Assembly (NCBI RefSeq): GCF_988242995.1
Contig: NZ_OZ547043.1
Reading direction: 5' to 3' (one strand)
DNA: 64,000 nucleotides
In this document: positions 33,588 to 42,924 of the stretch, piece by piece
Layout of the letters: the number at the start of each line of letters is the position of its first letter
How positions within the stretch are numbered: position 1 is the first letter of the stretch
Position numbers and translations under genes: made by a program
Notes under the pieces: model-generated
The model's input: only the letters and a program-made list of their open reading frames with translations
The model's database searches: none
Told to the model about the DNA's origin: nothing

Positions 33588-34751
33588 TCACTCATCATCT
33601 TCTGTTTCGTACTCCACATCAGAAAGCCTGACCTCAAGCTCTAAGGACGTCGTGAAGCCGCTATTATTCAGAAAATGTGTCACCTTAGTGATTGTCCAGT
33701 CCTGCTCGTCTATGACGCGCTTAAAGCCTGATACTTTAACCGGTGTTTCCGTGTAAATATCAGCACGACCGGTAGCCAGGCTGATGGAGAACTCCGCAAC
33801 GCCCCGTTGCAGTTTATCCCACTTCGCCTGAGCGGCACGCATGGCCTGTGCTTTCGTGGCATATACCGTGGTCAGGGCAAAAACGTTGTCAGCCTCACCG
33901 GCCATGTATTCACCTTCGCGCGCTTCCGGTACTTTTGGCGCTTTCTTCTGCCTGACCGGTTTTGCTTTCGGGTGCTCCAGTGCGCGCAGGTGTTTTTCTT
34001 TCTTTTTGCGTTTCAGTTTTACCTTCTGCTTTTGCGGCTTCGGGTCTTTGGTGTGTAACCACTTTGCCGTTACGCCGGTATAGGCTCCACGGTCAGCAAT
34101 CGCAAAATGATGGCGGTCGCCGTCGCTGCGGGTGATGGTGACCTGCGGGATTTTTTTACCGCTGGCCGTCACCCCCTGCCCCGCTTTGAGAAACAGCAGT
34201 TTTCCCATTTTTACCGACACCTCACCGCCGTTGCGTTCTGCAAGACGGGTCAGGAATTTCGCATCAGACTCCTGCGACTGGTCGATGTGCGGGATTTTAA
34301 TTCCGGCCAGTGACGGCGCGACACTGGCTTCCAGCTTGTTACGGGAGGCTATCGCCTCAACAATCGCACCGAGCGTGGTGTCATGCCATGAGCCTTCACG
34401 GCGGGAATTGAGCGTCCCGCGAAAATCTGCACTCCGGGCGCGGATGGTGACCACATCCGGTGCGCCCCGGTGTTCAACCTCATCAACGGTAAATTTCCCT
34501 TTGCATACCAGGGCAAAACCTTTCCAGCCGATATACACCGTCAGAACAGCACCACGAACCGGCAGTTCGACCTGCCCGTCGGCATCGTTCAGTTCAATAT
34601 CAAGCTGGTCAGCCTCAAAGCCCCGGTTATCCGTCAGGGTCATGCTCATCAGACGGTCGCTGATATTGCCGGTAATATCCCTGCTGTCGAGCATCAGCAT
34701 GTAATCCGGCGTCAGCGTACTGCCTGCATCAAATGTCAGCGCATCCAGCAT
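33588..34751 (-). CDS. D: P2 gpD-like tail protein
   Basis: 387-aa ORF in the conserved position after ogr; lysine-rich central segment. Confidence 0.85.
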   Translation of the reverse strand: MLDALTFDAGSTLTPDYMLMLDSRDITGNISDRLMSMTLTDNRGFEADQLDIELNDADGQVELPVRGAVLTVYIGWKGFALVCKGKFTVDEVEHRGAPDVVTIRARSADFRGTLNSRREGSWHDTTLGAIVEAIASRNKLEASVAPSLAGIKIPHIDQSQESDAKFLTRLAERNGGEVSVKMGKLLFLKAGQGVTASGKKIPQVTITRSDGDRHHFAIADRGAYTGVTAKWLHTKDPKPQKQKVKLKRKKKEKHLRALEHPKAKPVRQKKAPKVPEAREGEYMAGEADNVFALTTVYATKAQAMRAAQAKWDKLQRGVAEFSISLATGRADIYTETPVKVSGFKRVIDEQDWTITKVTHFLNNSGFTTSLELEVRLSDVEYETEDDE

Positions 34752-35230
34752 TATCCTGCCCCCGTCATACCCGTGAATCTGGTCGCCATACTGCCGGCCT
34801 TACCGATGAGCGACTCCGCCTGTTTACCAATATCGCCATAAAGCGCGGCCAGTGATTCATCAACGCGGGTGAGAGACAGCGTAAAATCAATTTTCCGGGG
34901 TGTGCCGTCTGCAAAGAAAATACTCCCTGTTTCACTCACCCTGCTGATGACATACATGCCGTAAATCATGCCGGTGCCATCCAGCAACGGCCACGCCCGG
35001 CCTTCCTCTGCCATCAGCCTGAGAGTGGTCATCGTCAGCTTGCCGCCGGTCAGTTCGGGATAAAGCACACCGGCAAGCGTGATGTTTTCCTCGCCAACGC
35101 CGAGAAACTGATAGGCATCCCGTTTACCGATACGGGAATTTGAAGGCCAGCGATAATCAGATTCACGCTGCATGGTCTGGTGTGGCAACGTCTGGCGCAT
35201 AAAAACAAACATACCTAACGCGAGCATCAT
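34751..35230 (-). CDS. U: P2 gpU-like tail protein
   Basis: 159-aa ORF between T and D, stop/start overlapping D. Confidence 0.85.
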   Translation of the reverse strand: MMLALGMFVFMRQTLPHQTMQRESDYRWPSNSRIGKRDAYQFLGVGEENITLAGVLYPELTGGKLTMTTLRLMAEEGRAWPLLDGTGMIYGMYVISRVSETGSIFFADGTPRKIDFTLSLTRVDESLAALYGDIGKQAESLIGKAGSMATRFTGMTGAG

Positions 35231-35244
35231 TTTTCGTCACCTCC

Positions 35245-37692
35245 TTAACCGTCATGCATCATGCTGGCACGGGCGCGCGCACGTTTATCCCGCTCGTATT
35301 TTTCGAGCGCATCCTGTAACTGGCGGTCAAGCTGTGTCCCCGGCGCAGTACCGCCCGTCAGGTTGATGTGATATTCGTTTTTACTCTGGTCCACATAAGA
35401 GCGGCCAGCCAGTGCCGTGACTGGCTGATAAGCCTGATAGCCTGCATAAGAGCTGGTCGCCGGAATATAACCACCGGTGCCATACGTGGCGGCATGAGTT
35501 CTGGCGGCGGTCTGGTCAAGTGTGTCTGACTCTTTGTTGATGACCCCGAGCTTTTCCAGTACCCAGTCAATACCGCTGCGCAGTTTGTTGAACGCATTAA
35601 GCGGCAGCATCAACGCGTCAGCCAGTGCCTGCCCGAACATGACGCCCGTATCACGGCAACGGTTCAGGGTGTCCCGGGTGGCTTTGACCGGGGCAATCAG
35701 GTTTTTAAACCACTGCCACGCGGCCTGTAACTTTTCGCCCAGCCAGTCAAACACCGGCTTAAGTGGCGTGAACAGTTCCCCCACCGGCGCAAATGCCGCT
35801 TTCAGCCCTTCAACCACACCGCCAAAGAATGCGCTGACAGGCTCCCAGTATTTACGGATAAGTAACGCCCCGGCGACAATGGCGGCCACCACGGCCACAA
35901 CCGGCCAGCTAATCGCCCCGATGGCCGTCATAACAGCACTGCCAACCGTCGTGAAGATTGCTCCCATTGCGCCTGCTGCCGCGATGATGGCATTGATGCC
36001 GGTGATAACCGGCCAGGCTACGAGGCCAATGGCACCGATGACACCAATCAGCGCCAGTGCACCACCGACAATGATGCCGATGGTTGACGCCAGTGATTTG
36101 TTTTTCTGTATCCAGCCGTCGAGTTTTAACACATACTTTGTGGCCGTCTGCGTGAGCTTACGCAGTGCGCCTTCCTGCTGGTCAAACAGGTCAGTCCCCA
36201 CCGCCTCATAAGCGGACTGAAACTCCTTAAAGTCACCGCCGAGGTTGTCCTGCATGATATTTACCAGCTCGGCGGTCTTCCCGTCTGAGGCTTTAAACGC
36301 AGCGGTCAGTTTGTCCAGCTTTCCAGTTGAGGCGGCAGTCATCAGCACGGCGGCGGCTGAGCTGGCCTCCTCCCCGAAAATAGTTTTCATGTATTCAGCC
36401 TGCTGGGCAGTACCGAGCCGGTTTTTCTCAAAACTGGCCTGCATTTCTTTCAGAATGGTAAATACTGGTCGAGTATTCCCTTTACTGTCTGAGGTTTTCA
36501 CGCCAAGCTCTTTCAGTGCATCCCATGCTTTTCCCGTCGGTGCCTGCAGGCGGCTTAACACGGCACGGCTTCCCGTCCCCGCCATTGAACCGGTAATTTT
36601 TGCATCATGCAGCGCCCCGACCATTGCGGCGGTTTCTTCAATGCTGACACCAGCATTTTTTGCCACAGGTGCGGCATAGGTCAGCGCATCGCTCATGCCA
36701 TCAAAATCGGCGGCGGTTTTGTTCATCGTCATGGAGAGAACATCCCCGATATGAGCGACCTTATCGTTTGAAAGCTGAAAGGCGGATTTCATCCCCATCA
36801 GCAGGGCGGCGTTTTCTTCCATCGTGCGACGGTTCGCCAACGCCATATTCAGCGTGACCGGCGTTGCCGCCTGAATGGCATCAACATCCCCACCGGCTTT
36901 CGCAATAATAATCTGCGCACCGGCTGCATCATCTGCCGAGGCTGCGGTATTGTCGCCGAGCTGGCGCGCCTGCTTGCGTAGTGCAGCCATTTCGGCGGAG
37001 TCTTTTGCCACACCGAGCACAGCCTGCAATTCTGAGTTTTTCTGCGCAAACTCATAACCGGGCATCAGCAACTTAACTCCGGCCATCGTTCCCGCAGCAG
37101 CAATCCCCACACCGGCAGCGCCCACTGAGGCCATATTTCCGGCCAGTTCCTTTCCGGCCTGATAACGCTGTTTTACTGCGTTAAGTTTTGCCTGTTGTGC
37201 ACTGACACGCGCCAGCGCGTCACGCTGACGGTTAAGCTGTGCGGTGGTTTCACTGATACGGTTTTTCAGTCCCTGCTCATCATGTGCAAGATTGCGGGTA
37301 TTAATTCCCACAGCGGCCAGTTCCCGCTGCTGGCGTTTAATGGAATCTGTCAGGCGGTTATATTTCGCCTGTAAGTCCTCCGCCGCACGCTTTGCGGATT
37401 CCAGCACTTTCGCCTGAGCACGGGTCGGACGTTCAGTGTTTTTAAGCTGTGTGGCAAGGGCTTCGGCTTCCTGCCGTGCCTTTTCAAGTGCATGACCAGT
37501 CACGGCAAGCTGTGCGCTGGTCTTGCGAAATCCCTCAATACGGGATGCGTGACCGTTCAGCTCGCGCAGTGATTTTTGTGTTTCCCGGATATCCCCCGAC
37601 AGCGACTTACTCGCTGTGCGGATGGATTTAAACGGGCGGGATGCCTGGTCAACAGCCCTGAGCAATACCTGTAATTTTACATTGTTACTCAT
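35245..37692 (-). CDS. T: Tail tape-measure protein gpT
   Basis: 815-aa ORF, coiled-coil-rich with Ala/Gly-rich TM-like stretches; follows E/E'. Confidence 0.85.
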   Translation of the reverse strand: MSNNVKLQVLLRAVDQASRPFKSIRTASKSLSGDIRETQKSLRELNGHASRIEGFRKTSAQLAVTGHALEKARQEAEALATQLKNTERPTRAQAKVLESAKRAAEDLQAKYNRLTDSIKRQQRELAAVGINTRNLAHDEQGLKNRISETTAQLNRQRDALARVSAQQAKLNAVKQRYQAGKELAGNMASVGAAGVGIAAAGTMAGVKLLMPGYEFAQKNSELQAVLGVAKDSAEMAALRKQARQLGDNTAASADDAAGAQIIIAKAGGDVDAIQAATPVTLNMALANRRTMEENAALLMGMKSAFQLSNDKVAHIGDVLSMTMNKTAADFDGMSDALTYAAPVAKNAGVSIEETAAMVGALHDAKITGSMAGTGSRAVLSRLQAPTGKAWDALKELGVKTSDSKGNTRPVFTILKEMQASFEKNRLGTAQQAEYMKTIFGEEASSAAAVLMTAASTGKLDKLTAAFKASDGKTAELVNIMQDNLGGDFKEFQSAYEAVGTDLFDQQEGALRKLTQTATKYVLKLDGWIQKNKSLASTIGIIVGGALALIGVIGAIGLVAWPVITGINAIIAAAGAMGAIFTTVGSAVMTAIGAISWPVVAVVAAIVAGALLIRKYWEPVSAFFGGVVEGLKAAFAPVGELFTPLKPVFDWLGEKLQAAWQWFKNLIAPVKATRDTLNRCRDTGVMFGQALADALMLPLNAFNKLRSGIDWVLEKLGVINKESDTLDQTAARTHAATYGTGGYIPATSSYAGYQAYQPVTALAGRSYVDQSKNEYHINLTGGTAPGTQLDRQLQDALEKYERDKRARARASMMHDG

Positions 37693-37836
37693 TCGTGTTT
37701 CCGCTTCGCCGGAGCGCCTTTTCGCGCCATGTGATGAGTTCGGTCAGGCTCATGGGATACAGTTCTGATGGCGGCCAGTGAAATATCACTGCCACATCCG
37801 CCATCAGGTCATCGACCGAGAGATTTTTCGGGAACG

Positions 37837-38112
37837 TTACTGCACCGAGTTCGGCGACAAAAAACCGACCACCTTACCGGCCAGCGCCACAAGGTCAGGC
37901 AGTTCCAGCGCGGCGACTTCCTGCTCGGTCAGCATCGGTGCCGTCATGCGCGGCAGCACCTTAATCAGTGCATCGACTTCGGAGTTCGCGACCGCAGCCA
38001 GACTGACACCGCGCAGCGTCCCGGCATTAGGTTTCATCAGCGTGACCTGTTCGATAACCTGCTCACCACGCTTGACCGGATTGTCCAGGGTAATCACATT
38101 TTCTTTGTTCAT
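37837..38112 (-). CDS. E: Tail assembly chaperone gpE (E+E' made by -1 frameshift)
   Basis: 91-aa ORF MNKENVITLDNPVKRGEQVIEQVTLMKPNAGTLRGV...; C-terminal G-F-L codons form the slippery heptamer. Confidence 0.85.
   Translation of the reverse strand: MNKENVITLDNPVKRGEQVIEQVTLMKPNAGTLRGVSLAAVANSEVDALIKVLPRMTAPMLTEQEVAALELPDLVALAGKVVGFLSPNSVQ
37858..37864 (-). other. Programmed -1 ribosomal frameshift slippery site T_TTT_TTG for gpE+E'
   Basis: Minus-strand codons GGT-TTT-TTG near the 3' end of E give the canonical X_XXY_YYZ heptamer; conserved chaperone frameshift of long-tailed phages. Confidence 0.65.
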
Positions 38113-38168
38113 GGTTTTCTCACTTCTGAATCGGGGTTAACCGGTCAGCCAGGCTGACCGGATGAAAA

Positions 38169-38687
38169 TCACAGGCCGATATTGCGGCGGTGTTGCTCCA
38201 GCCGGTCGACGCCGTTCACCTTCTCAATCATGTTGATGGTGTCGATTTCGACCAGCTCCTTACCGTCCATCGTCAGCCGGAAATAGGTGCAGACCACGGA
38301 GATTTTCGACTCGGTGTCTTCTCCCTGTTTGCCCTCGCCGGTGTCGATTTCTTTCTGACGTCCACGCATGACCACCTCGACGGCCACCGTTTCGCCGGTA
38401 TCGTCGCGCTGGTAAGAGCCTGCAAAACGAATCGGTACGGAATCCACACCGGTTGCGGCGTAAAGCTCCCAGATAACCGAATCCGGGAAGCCACCGAGCG
38501 ACCACTCCATTGACAGCGCATCGTCATCAAGGCCGAGGTCTACCGGTGCGCTGCCGTTCATCCCCGCACCGCGATAGTTTTCGAGCTTACGGGTCAGTTT
38601 TGGTAGCGTGACGGACTTCGCGACGCCCTGATAGCTGTAGCCGTTCAGAAAGACGTTCATTAACTTGAGTTTGCGCGGCATTGCCAT
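38169..38687 (-). CDS. FII: Tail tube protein gpFII
   Basis: 172-aa ORF immediately downstream of FI. Confidence 0.85.
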   Translation of the reverse strand: MAMPRKLKLMNVFLNGYSYQGVAKSVTLPKLTRKLENYRGAGMNGSAPVDLGLDDDALSMEWSLGGFPDSVIWELYAATGVDSVPIRFAGSYQRDDTGETVAVEVVMRGRQKEIDTGEGKQGEDTESKISVVCTYFRLTMDGKELVEIDTINMIEKVNGVDRLEQHRRNIGL

Positions 38688-38699
38688 CGGTCAGGCTCC

Positions 38700-39890
38700 T
38701 TAATTGCTGTTAACCGAGGTGACCAGATTTGCCAGGTATTTATCGGTAATACGCTGGCGCAGGGTCAGGTTTTCAAGAGGAGGCACCGGTGTATAGTCGT
38801 AGTCGATATACAGTTTTCCGGCCTTGAGGGTTTCCGCATCGTTGGATTCTTCGCTGAACCAGCAGGTCGCATCCACGATATAGCCGTTTGTTTTCAGCTC
38901 ACGGAATTTGGCATTGATGCCGTCAACGATGTCGCGAATCAGCGTTGCGGTGATGGGCTTGTCCACCGCCCACATGTGCGCCTCAGCCATCGTGTCGGCC
39001 ATCACCTGCGCGGTGCGGGTGTAGTTTTCAAAGAGGAACAGCGGGTCATCAGAGCAGGTACGGTTACCCCAGAATCGGAAACCGTCGCGGCGAATCAGCG
39101 TAGTGACGCCTGACTCGTTAAGCAGGTCAGCATCGGTGCCGGACTCCTGCAAATCCCAGAATACAGATGCGCTGATGCCGGTAACACCGTTTACCCCGAC
39201 GTTGGACAGCGTTTTATGCCAGCCCTGCTCCTGGTCGATTTTAGCGCGCAGACCCAGCGCACGGGCGGTGGCATACGCGGTGGCGGTGGTACTGGTGACC
39301 GTATCCCATGCGAGGAAATCCGGCCAGATGACCATCAGCTCACGCTGGCTGAAATTCTGGCGGTAGGCTTTCACCTCGGAAATGGTCTTACAGCCCCATG
39401 CGCTGATATATCCGAAAGCGCGCAGCTTCTGACAGACGGATGCCAGTGCAACAGCCACCTCTTTGGTATCCAGTCCCGGCACGCCGAGAATACGCGGTTT
39501 AACACCGGTTACCGACTCCGCCGCCAGCAGGGCTTTCAGTCCGGTGTACTGACCGTTTTCGTCGGTGGTGCCGATGATATTGGAAACGGTCTGCGCAAGT
39601 TTCGTTTCCTCGTCATCACCGGTGCCGTCTTCCACGCGCACGACAACGGTGACCGGTTTTGACTGGTCAGCGATGGCCTGCAACGATGCCGCCAGCGTGC
39701 CTTTTTTACCGGCCTTTGCAATTGCGCTCTGCACATTGGTAATCAGCACCGGTTTATTGAGGGGGAAGGTTTCCGCATCCGCATCGCTGGCCGTGCAGAC
39801 CATGCCGACAATGGCAGTGGATACGGTGGAAATGACGCGGGTGCCGTCGTTAATCTCCAGCACCTGCACGCCGTGATGATAGTCACTCAT
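38700..39890 (-). CDS. FI: Contractile tail sheath protein gpFI
   Basis: 396-aa ORF beginning MSDYHHGVQVLEINDGTRVISTVSTAIVG. Confidence 0.9.
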   Translation of the reverse strand: MSDYHHGVQVLEINDGTRVISTVSTAIVGMVCTASDADAETFPLNKPVLITNVQSAIAKAGKKGTLAASLQAIADQSKPVTVVVRVEDGTGDDEETKLAQTVSNIIGTTDENGQYTGLKALLAAESVTGVKPRILGVPGLDTKEVAVALASVCQKLRAFGYISAWGCKTISEVKAYRQNFSQRELMVIWPDFLAWDTVTSTTATAYATARALGLRAKIDQEQGWHKTLSNVGVNGVTGISASVFWDLQESGTDADLLNESGVTTLIRRDGFRFWGNRTCSDDPLFLFENYTRTAQVMADTMAEAHMWAVDKPITATLIRDIVDGINAKFRELKTNGYIVDATCWFSEESNDAETLKAGKLYIDYDYTPVPPLENLTLRQRITDKYLANLVTSVNSN

Positions 39891-40257
39891 CCGTTTAACT
39901 CCGTGGTTAATGGGTGCAACTATTTTCTGTTGTGCAGAGCATGAGACGCTATTTGCCCTGGATGGTCAGTGGATGAAACAACAGATACAGAAAAGGCGGG
40001 CAATTCGCCCGCATTTCCTAATTTGTACTAACCCAGCTTCCAACTGACAATTTACGTAGCCAAAAAGCTATCAAGTCTGGCAGACTGATTTGTACGAGGT
40101 GTGGATAACCATAATTATGTGCATGCTAACATCACGGTGCATGAGTCAATCGGGTCTATGCCAAAGAATTACGCCTTGATTGACCATAGATTGCTTGCCC
40201 TTGAATTTGACCATTCCAATAAAATGAATTATGATAATCGTCAAATGGAGGTGCACA

Positions 40258-40902
40258 ATGATCAAACACACCGCAGCAGAAAGGGAAACCAACACTTCAG
40301 CTAAGCTGAATGAATACCAGTTGAACCTTCTGAAAAGAATTAACAACCTCGCTATTTCCCTGATGCCTGAATTTGAAGACAAAAACCAGGCAATTAATGC
40401 TATCACGCTGGATGATAGTTCACTGATGCAATTGCTCTACACCGTTCAACTCGAACAGAAGACTCGTGTCAATGACTACGAACTACGTAAAGTGCGCCGT
40501 CGTCGCGAAAATCTGGAACGATTTTATCGTGGGCTTCAGGAGTTAGGCGGTACGCTAAAGGTAAATGACGTGGTCGATATTCTTGGAATCACCCGCCAGG
40601 CGATCAACATTCGCGTTAAGAAGAACAAGCTTTTAGCATTCAAGCAGAACGGTGATTTTATTTTCCCGAAATTTCAGTTCACAGATAACGGGCTGATTCC
40701 CGGCTTTGAAGACGTAATGGCGGCATTTGACGAGAATACCCATCCAATGCTGAGGTTGGGTGTGCTGAAATCACCAATAGAGGTTAATAGCGAAGGCCTG
40801 AAAAAGACGCCGATTCAAATCATGCAGGACGGCGCTAAAAATAGTGAACTTAGTCTGGCTATCCGTGCCGCTAAACAGTTCGGAAATCATGTATCCAGTT
40901 AA
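40258..40902 (+). CDS. Hotspot cargo: HTH protein with C-terminal MbcA/ParS (DUF2384)-like toxin-binding region; putative antitoxin or regulator
   Basis: ORF track 40231..40902; ATG 40258 has a GGAGG RBS, giving 214 aa. Central HTH-like segment (VVDILGITRQAINIRVKKN); C-terminal SPIEVNSEGLKKTPIQIMQDG...LSLAIRAAKQFG resembles the MbcA/ParS toxin-binding domain as recalled; not in the P2 core. Confidence 0.45.
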   Translation: MIKHTAAERETNTSAKLNEYQLNLLKRINNLAISLMPEFEDKNQAINAITLDDSSLMQLLYTVQLEQKTRVNDYELRKVRRRRENLERFYRGLQELGGTLKVNDVVDILGITRQAINIRVKKNKLLAFKQNGDFIFPKFQFTDNGLIPGFEDVMAAFDENTHPMLRLGVLKSPIEVNSEGLKKTPIQIMQDGAKNSELSLAIRAAKQFGNHVSS

Positions 40903-40908
40903 TTGTTT

Positions 40909-40940
40909 TAAAAAGAGGGGCTAGCCAGCCCCTCTTTGGT
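40909..40940. terminator. Bidirectional intrinsic terminator between the convergent cargo genes
   Basis: Hairpin AGAGGGGCT-AGCC-AGCCCCTCT flanked by T-rich runs on both strands, lying in the 38-bp gap between the two stop codons. Confidence 0.6.
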
Positions 40941-41651
40941 TTACATTGGTTCTGGCGTAATTTCGAATCCAAGCAGTTCTTCGAACATCTCTTCACCTGA
41001 CATCGTTCCTTTGTGCCACCCTTTAGGGAAGATACCTTCGTCATTTTCGATGTAACTGGCATAAGGCACCATCCCCTGAGGGGTATCGGTAAAGGCTGGT
41101 GTACTATCCGGTCGTTCCCAAAAGGCATAACAGCGTTTATAGCGTTTATGCCTTGAGGTATAGGCTATCCCGTCATAGTCACGCCCGAAATGTGTATAAA
41201 GATGTTCCATTAGCCATTGAGTAAAAGTGTAATCCTCGTTCTCTAAGCTATCCAAAGGAATATGTAACAACTCACAGAGCGCTACAACATCGATCACTTT
41301 CACTGGCCTCATGACATCCACAGAGCACATATAGTGTTGTGAAAGTACCGATTCAGGATAAGAAATCGTCCCTTCGAGATGGAGCAAACGCCCATAAGCT
41401 TCTGCCGCCGCCGTTAACGCAGAGTCAGAGGCATACCATACCGCCACACATCCCCCTGGGGGGTTGTATCGCCCACATTCATTTTCCTCAATTGGCGCTC
41501 TGAAGTTGATTGCGCTTTCATACAACGCCCTTTGATGACGCTTCAAAAGACCAGAGCCTGGTTGAATGTCAATCGCCGGAATACGTCCAGATTTATTTTT
41601 TGCAGCAATTCCTTGTGCAACAATATTTTTTTCAAATGTCCATTTGGTCAT
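40941..41651 (-). CDS. Hotspot cargo: RES-domain protein (putative NAD+-consuming toxin)
   Basis: ORF track 40941..41699; ATG 41651 has an AAGGAG RBS, giving 236 aa. N-terminal CGRYNPPGGCVAVWYASDSALTAAAE matches the RES signature GGRWNPP...Y.A.S...A..E (Arg, Glu); later DGIAYTSRH supplies the conserved Ser. Confidence 0.55.
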   Translation of the reverse strand: MTKWTFEKNIVAQGIAAKNKSGRIPAIDIQPGSGLLKRHQRALYESAINFRAPIEENECGRYNPPGGCVAVWYASDSALTAAAEAYGRLLHLEGTISYPESVLSQHYMCSVDVMRPVKVIDVVALCELLHIPLDSLENEDYTFTQWLMEHLYTHFGRDYDGIAYTSRHKRYKRCYAFWERPDSTPAFTDTPQGMVPYASYIENDEGIFPKGWHKGTMSGEEMFEELLGFEITPEPM

Positions 41652-42066
41652 TTTTACTACTCCTTCTATAAACAGATTAAGCCATAGGCTCCTCTCCATA
41701 TTGATTGAAAATAATCCCTACCGTGCTTGCCCGGCAGGGGGTATGAGAACATGTGTATCTCAATCTCGATTATACCAAGCAAATTTTCTATTTTTCGGAA
41801 ATTTAGAGAGTTTTTTTAATGCTTCGCATGCCTTCTCGATGTATTGATGGGGCTGAAAAGAAGAAATAACGCAGGAAGTTTTACGGAAAGGAGAACTATA
41901 AAGATTTTTTTCAAGTGAATTAGAAATAAGAACTTCGCAGGATACTGCATTTTTAGTGAAGATGGGTTGAGTTTCTCAGCAAGAGTCCCGCGAGAGCCGT
42001 ATTGACAGCATGCATGACTCGGAGATTATTCCCCATGCAGGATGGTACACCAATGCAAGAGTTGGT

Positions 42067-42255
42067 TTACGCAAATGATTGGATGATCGCGATTACCGAC
42101 CGTACATTGCGCAAATAACGTTCTGCGTCGATGCTATTAAGATGCCCCGACCACACCGTACGACGGACGCCGTAGTGATCCGAGCTTAAGAATAGATAAT
42201 CTTTTCTCTCCGGATTCACCGTTCGCAGTGCGTTTTCCATAGCTGTCGCAAGCAC
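42067..42255 (-). CDS. Small hypothetical ORF in the Z/fun-equivalent region
   Basis: 62-aa ORF (MLATAMENALRTVNPERKDYLFLSSDHYGVRR...) without a recognisable RBS; may be a gene remnant. Confidence 0.2.
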   Translation of the reverse strand: MLATAMENALRTVNPERKDYLFLSSDHYGVRRTVWSGHLNSIDAERYLRNVRSVIAIIQSFA

Positions 42256-42345
42256 AATACTTCCGCTACAGGCACAGAGCGGACTGTCAGATTAGGTTTT
42301 ACTCTGTGCCATAGATGAGTAATCTCACACCAGATCTAATACGAT

Positions 42346-42924
42346 TTATTGTGGCATTTCAGGCCATTCTATATCCGGAGCATCTTCCGGCTGAACGCGA
42401 TTCAGTAGCACACGGTATTTTTTCCAGTGTGTCAGGCTTAACTTTTCTTCCTCGGTAGCCATATCTAAATCGACAGCATCCTGCAGCGTGGCAATAATTT
42501 CACCTGCATATGCAATCAGCTCTTTCTTCTGAGAGTCAGCCGCTCTGACAAGCGCATCACGCTCTGCATTCTCATCATTCACCCACGCATTTCCGTTCCA
42601 TTTCTGATAATCCCCATCCGGGGAAATGGCTGTCACGTCTGGAGGTAATGCGCCAAGTTCAGAAATATAAATGGCTGCTCCCGTTTTCGTTTCGTAGACA
42701 GTCTTTCCGCGATGATCTTCCATCAACTCCCATTTTATTTCATCTGCATTGAAAACGGCTGCATAACCAGCCGGTATATCAGGCGGCGCAATATCTGTAC
42801 TGTTTGCAGGCAGACCTGTATACGGTGGAATATACGCGTCACTTTCCCCAATAAATTCATTGGTTCCATCAAGTAAATTAAATACGCGGATAGTTTGTGC
42901 TTCTGCACTCATTCTGAAAGCCAT
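42346..42924 (-). CDS. G: Tail fiber assembly chaperone (gpG/Tfa-like)
   Basis: 192-aa ORF immediately downstream of and overlapping the tail fiber gene stop; conserved position. Confidence 0.7.
   Translation of the reverse strand: MAFRMSAEAQTIRVFNLLDGTNEFIGESDAYIPPYTGLPANSTDIAPPDIPAGYAAVFNADEIKWELMEDHRGKTVYETKTGAAIYISELGALPPDVTAISPDGDYQKWNGNAWVNDENAERDALVRAADSQKKELIAYAGEIIATLQDAVDLDMATEEEKLSLTHWKKYRVLLNRVQPEDAPDIEWPEMPQ

Noticed and set aside
37768-38157. 129-aa plus-strand ORF from the six-frame track
   Set aside because: Antisense to and fully overlapping gpE on the conserved minus-strand late operon; no RBS; judged spurious.
39891-42345. A retron (RT plus msr/msd) in the Z/fun hotspot
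   Set aside because: No ORF with reverse-transcriptase motifs (YxDD) in this interval; the structured non-coding DNA is better explained as promoter/terminator or gene remnant.
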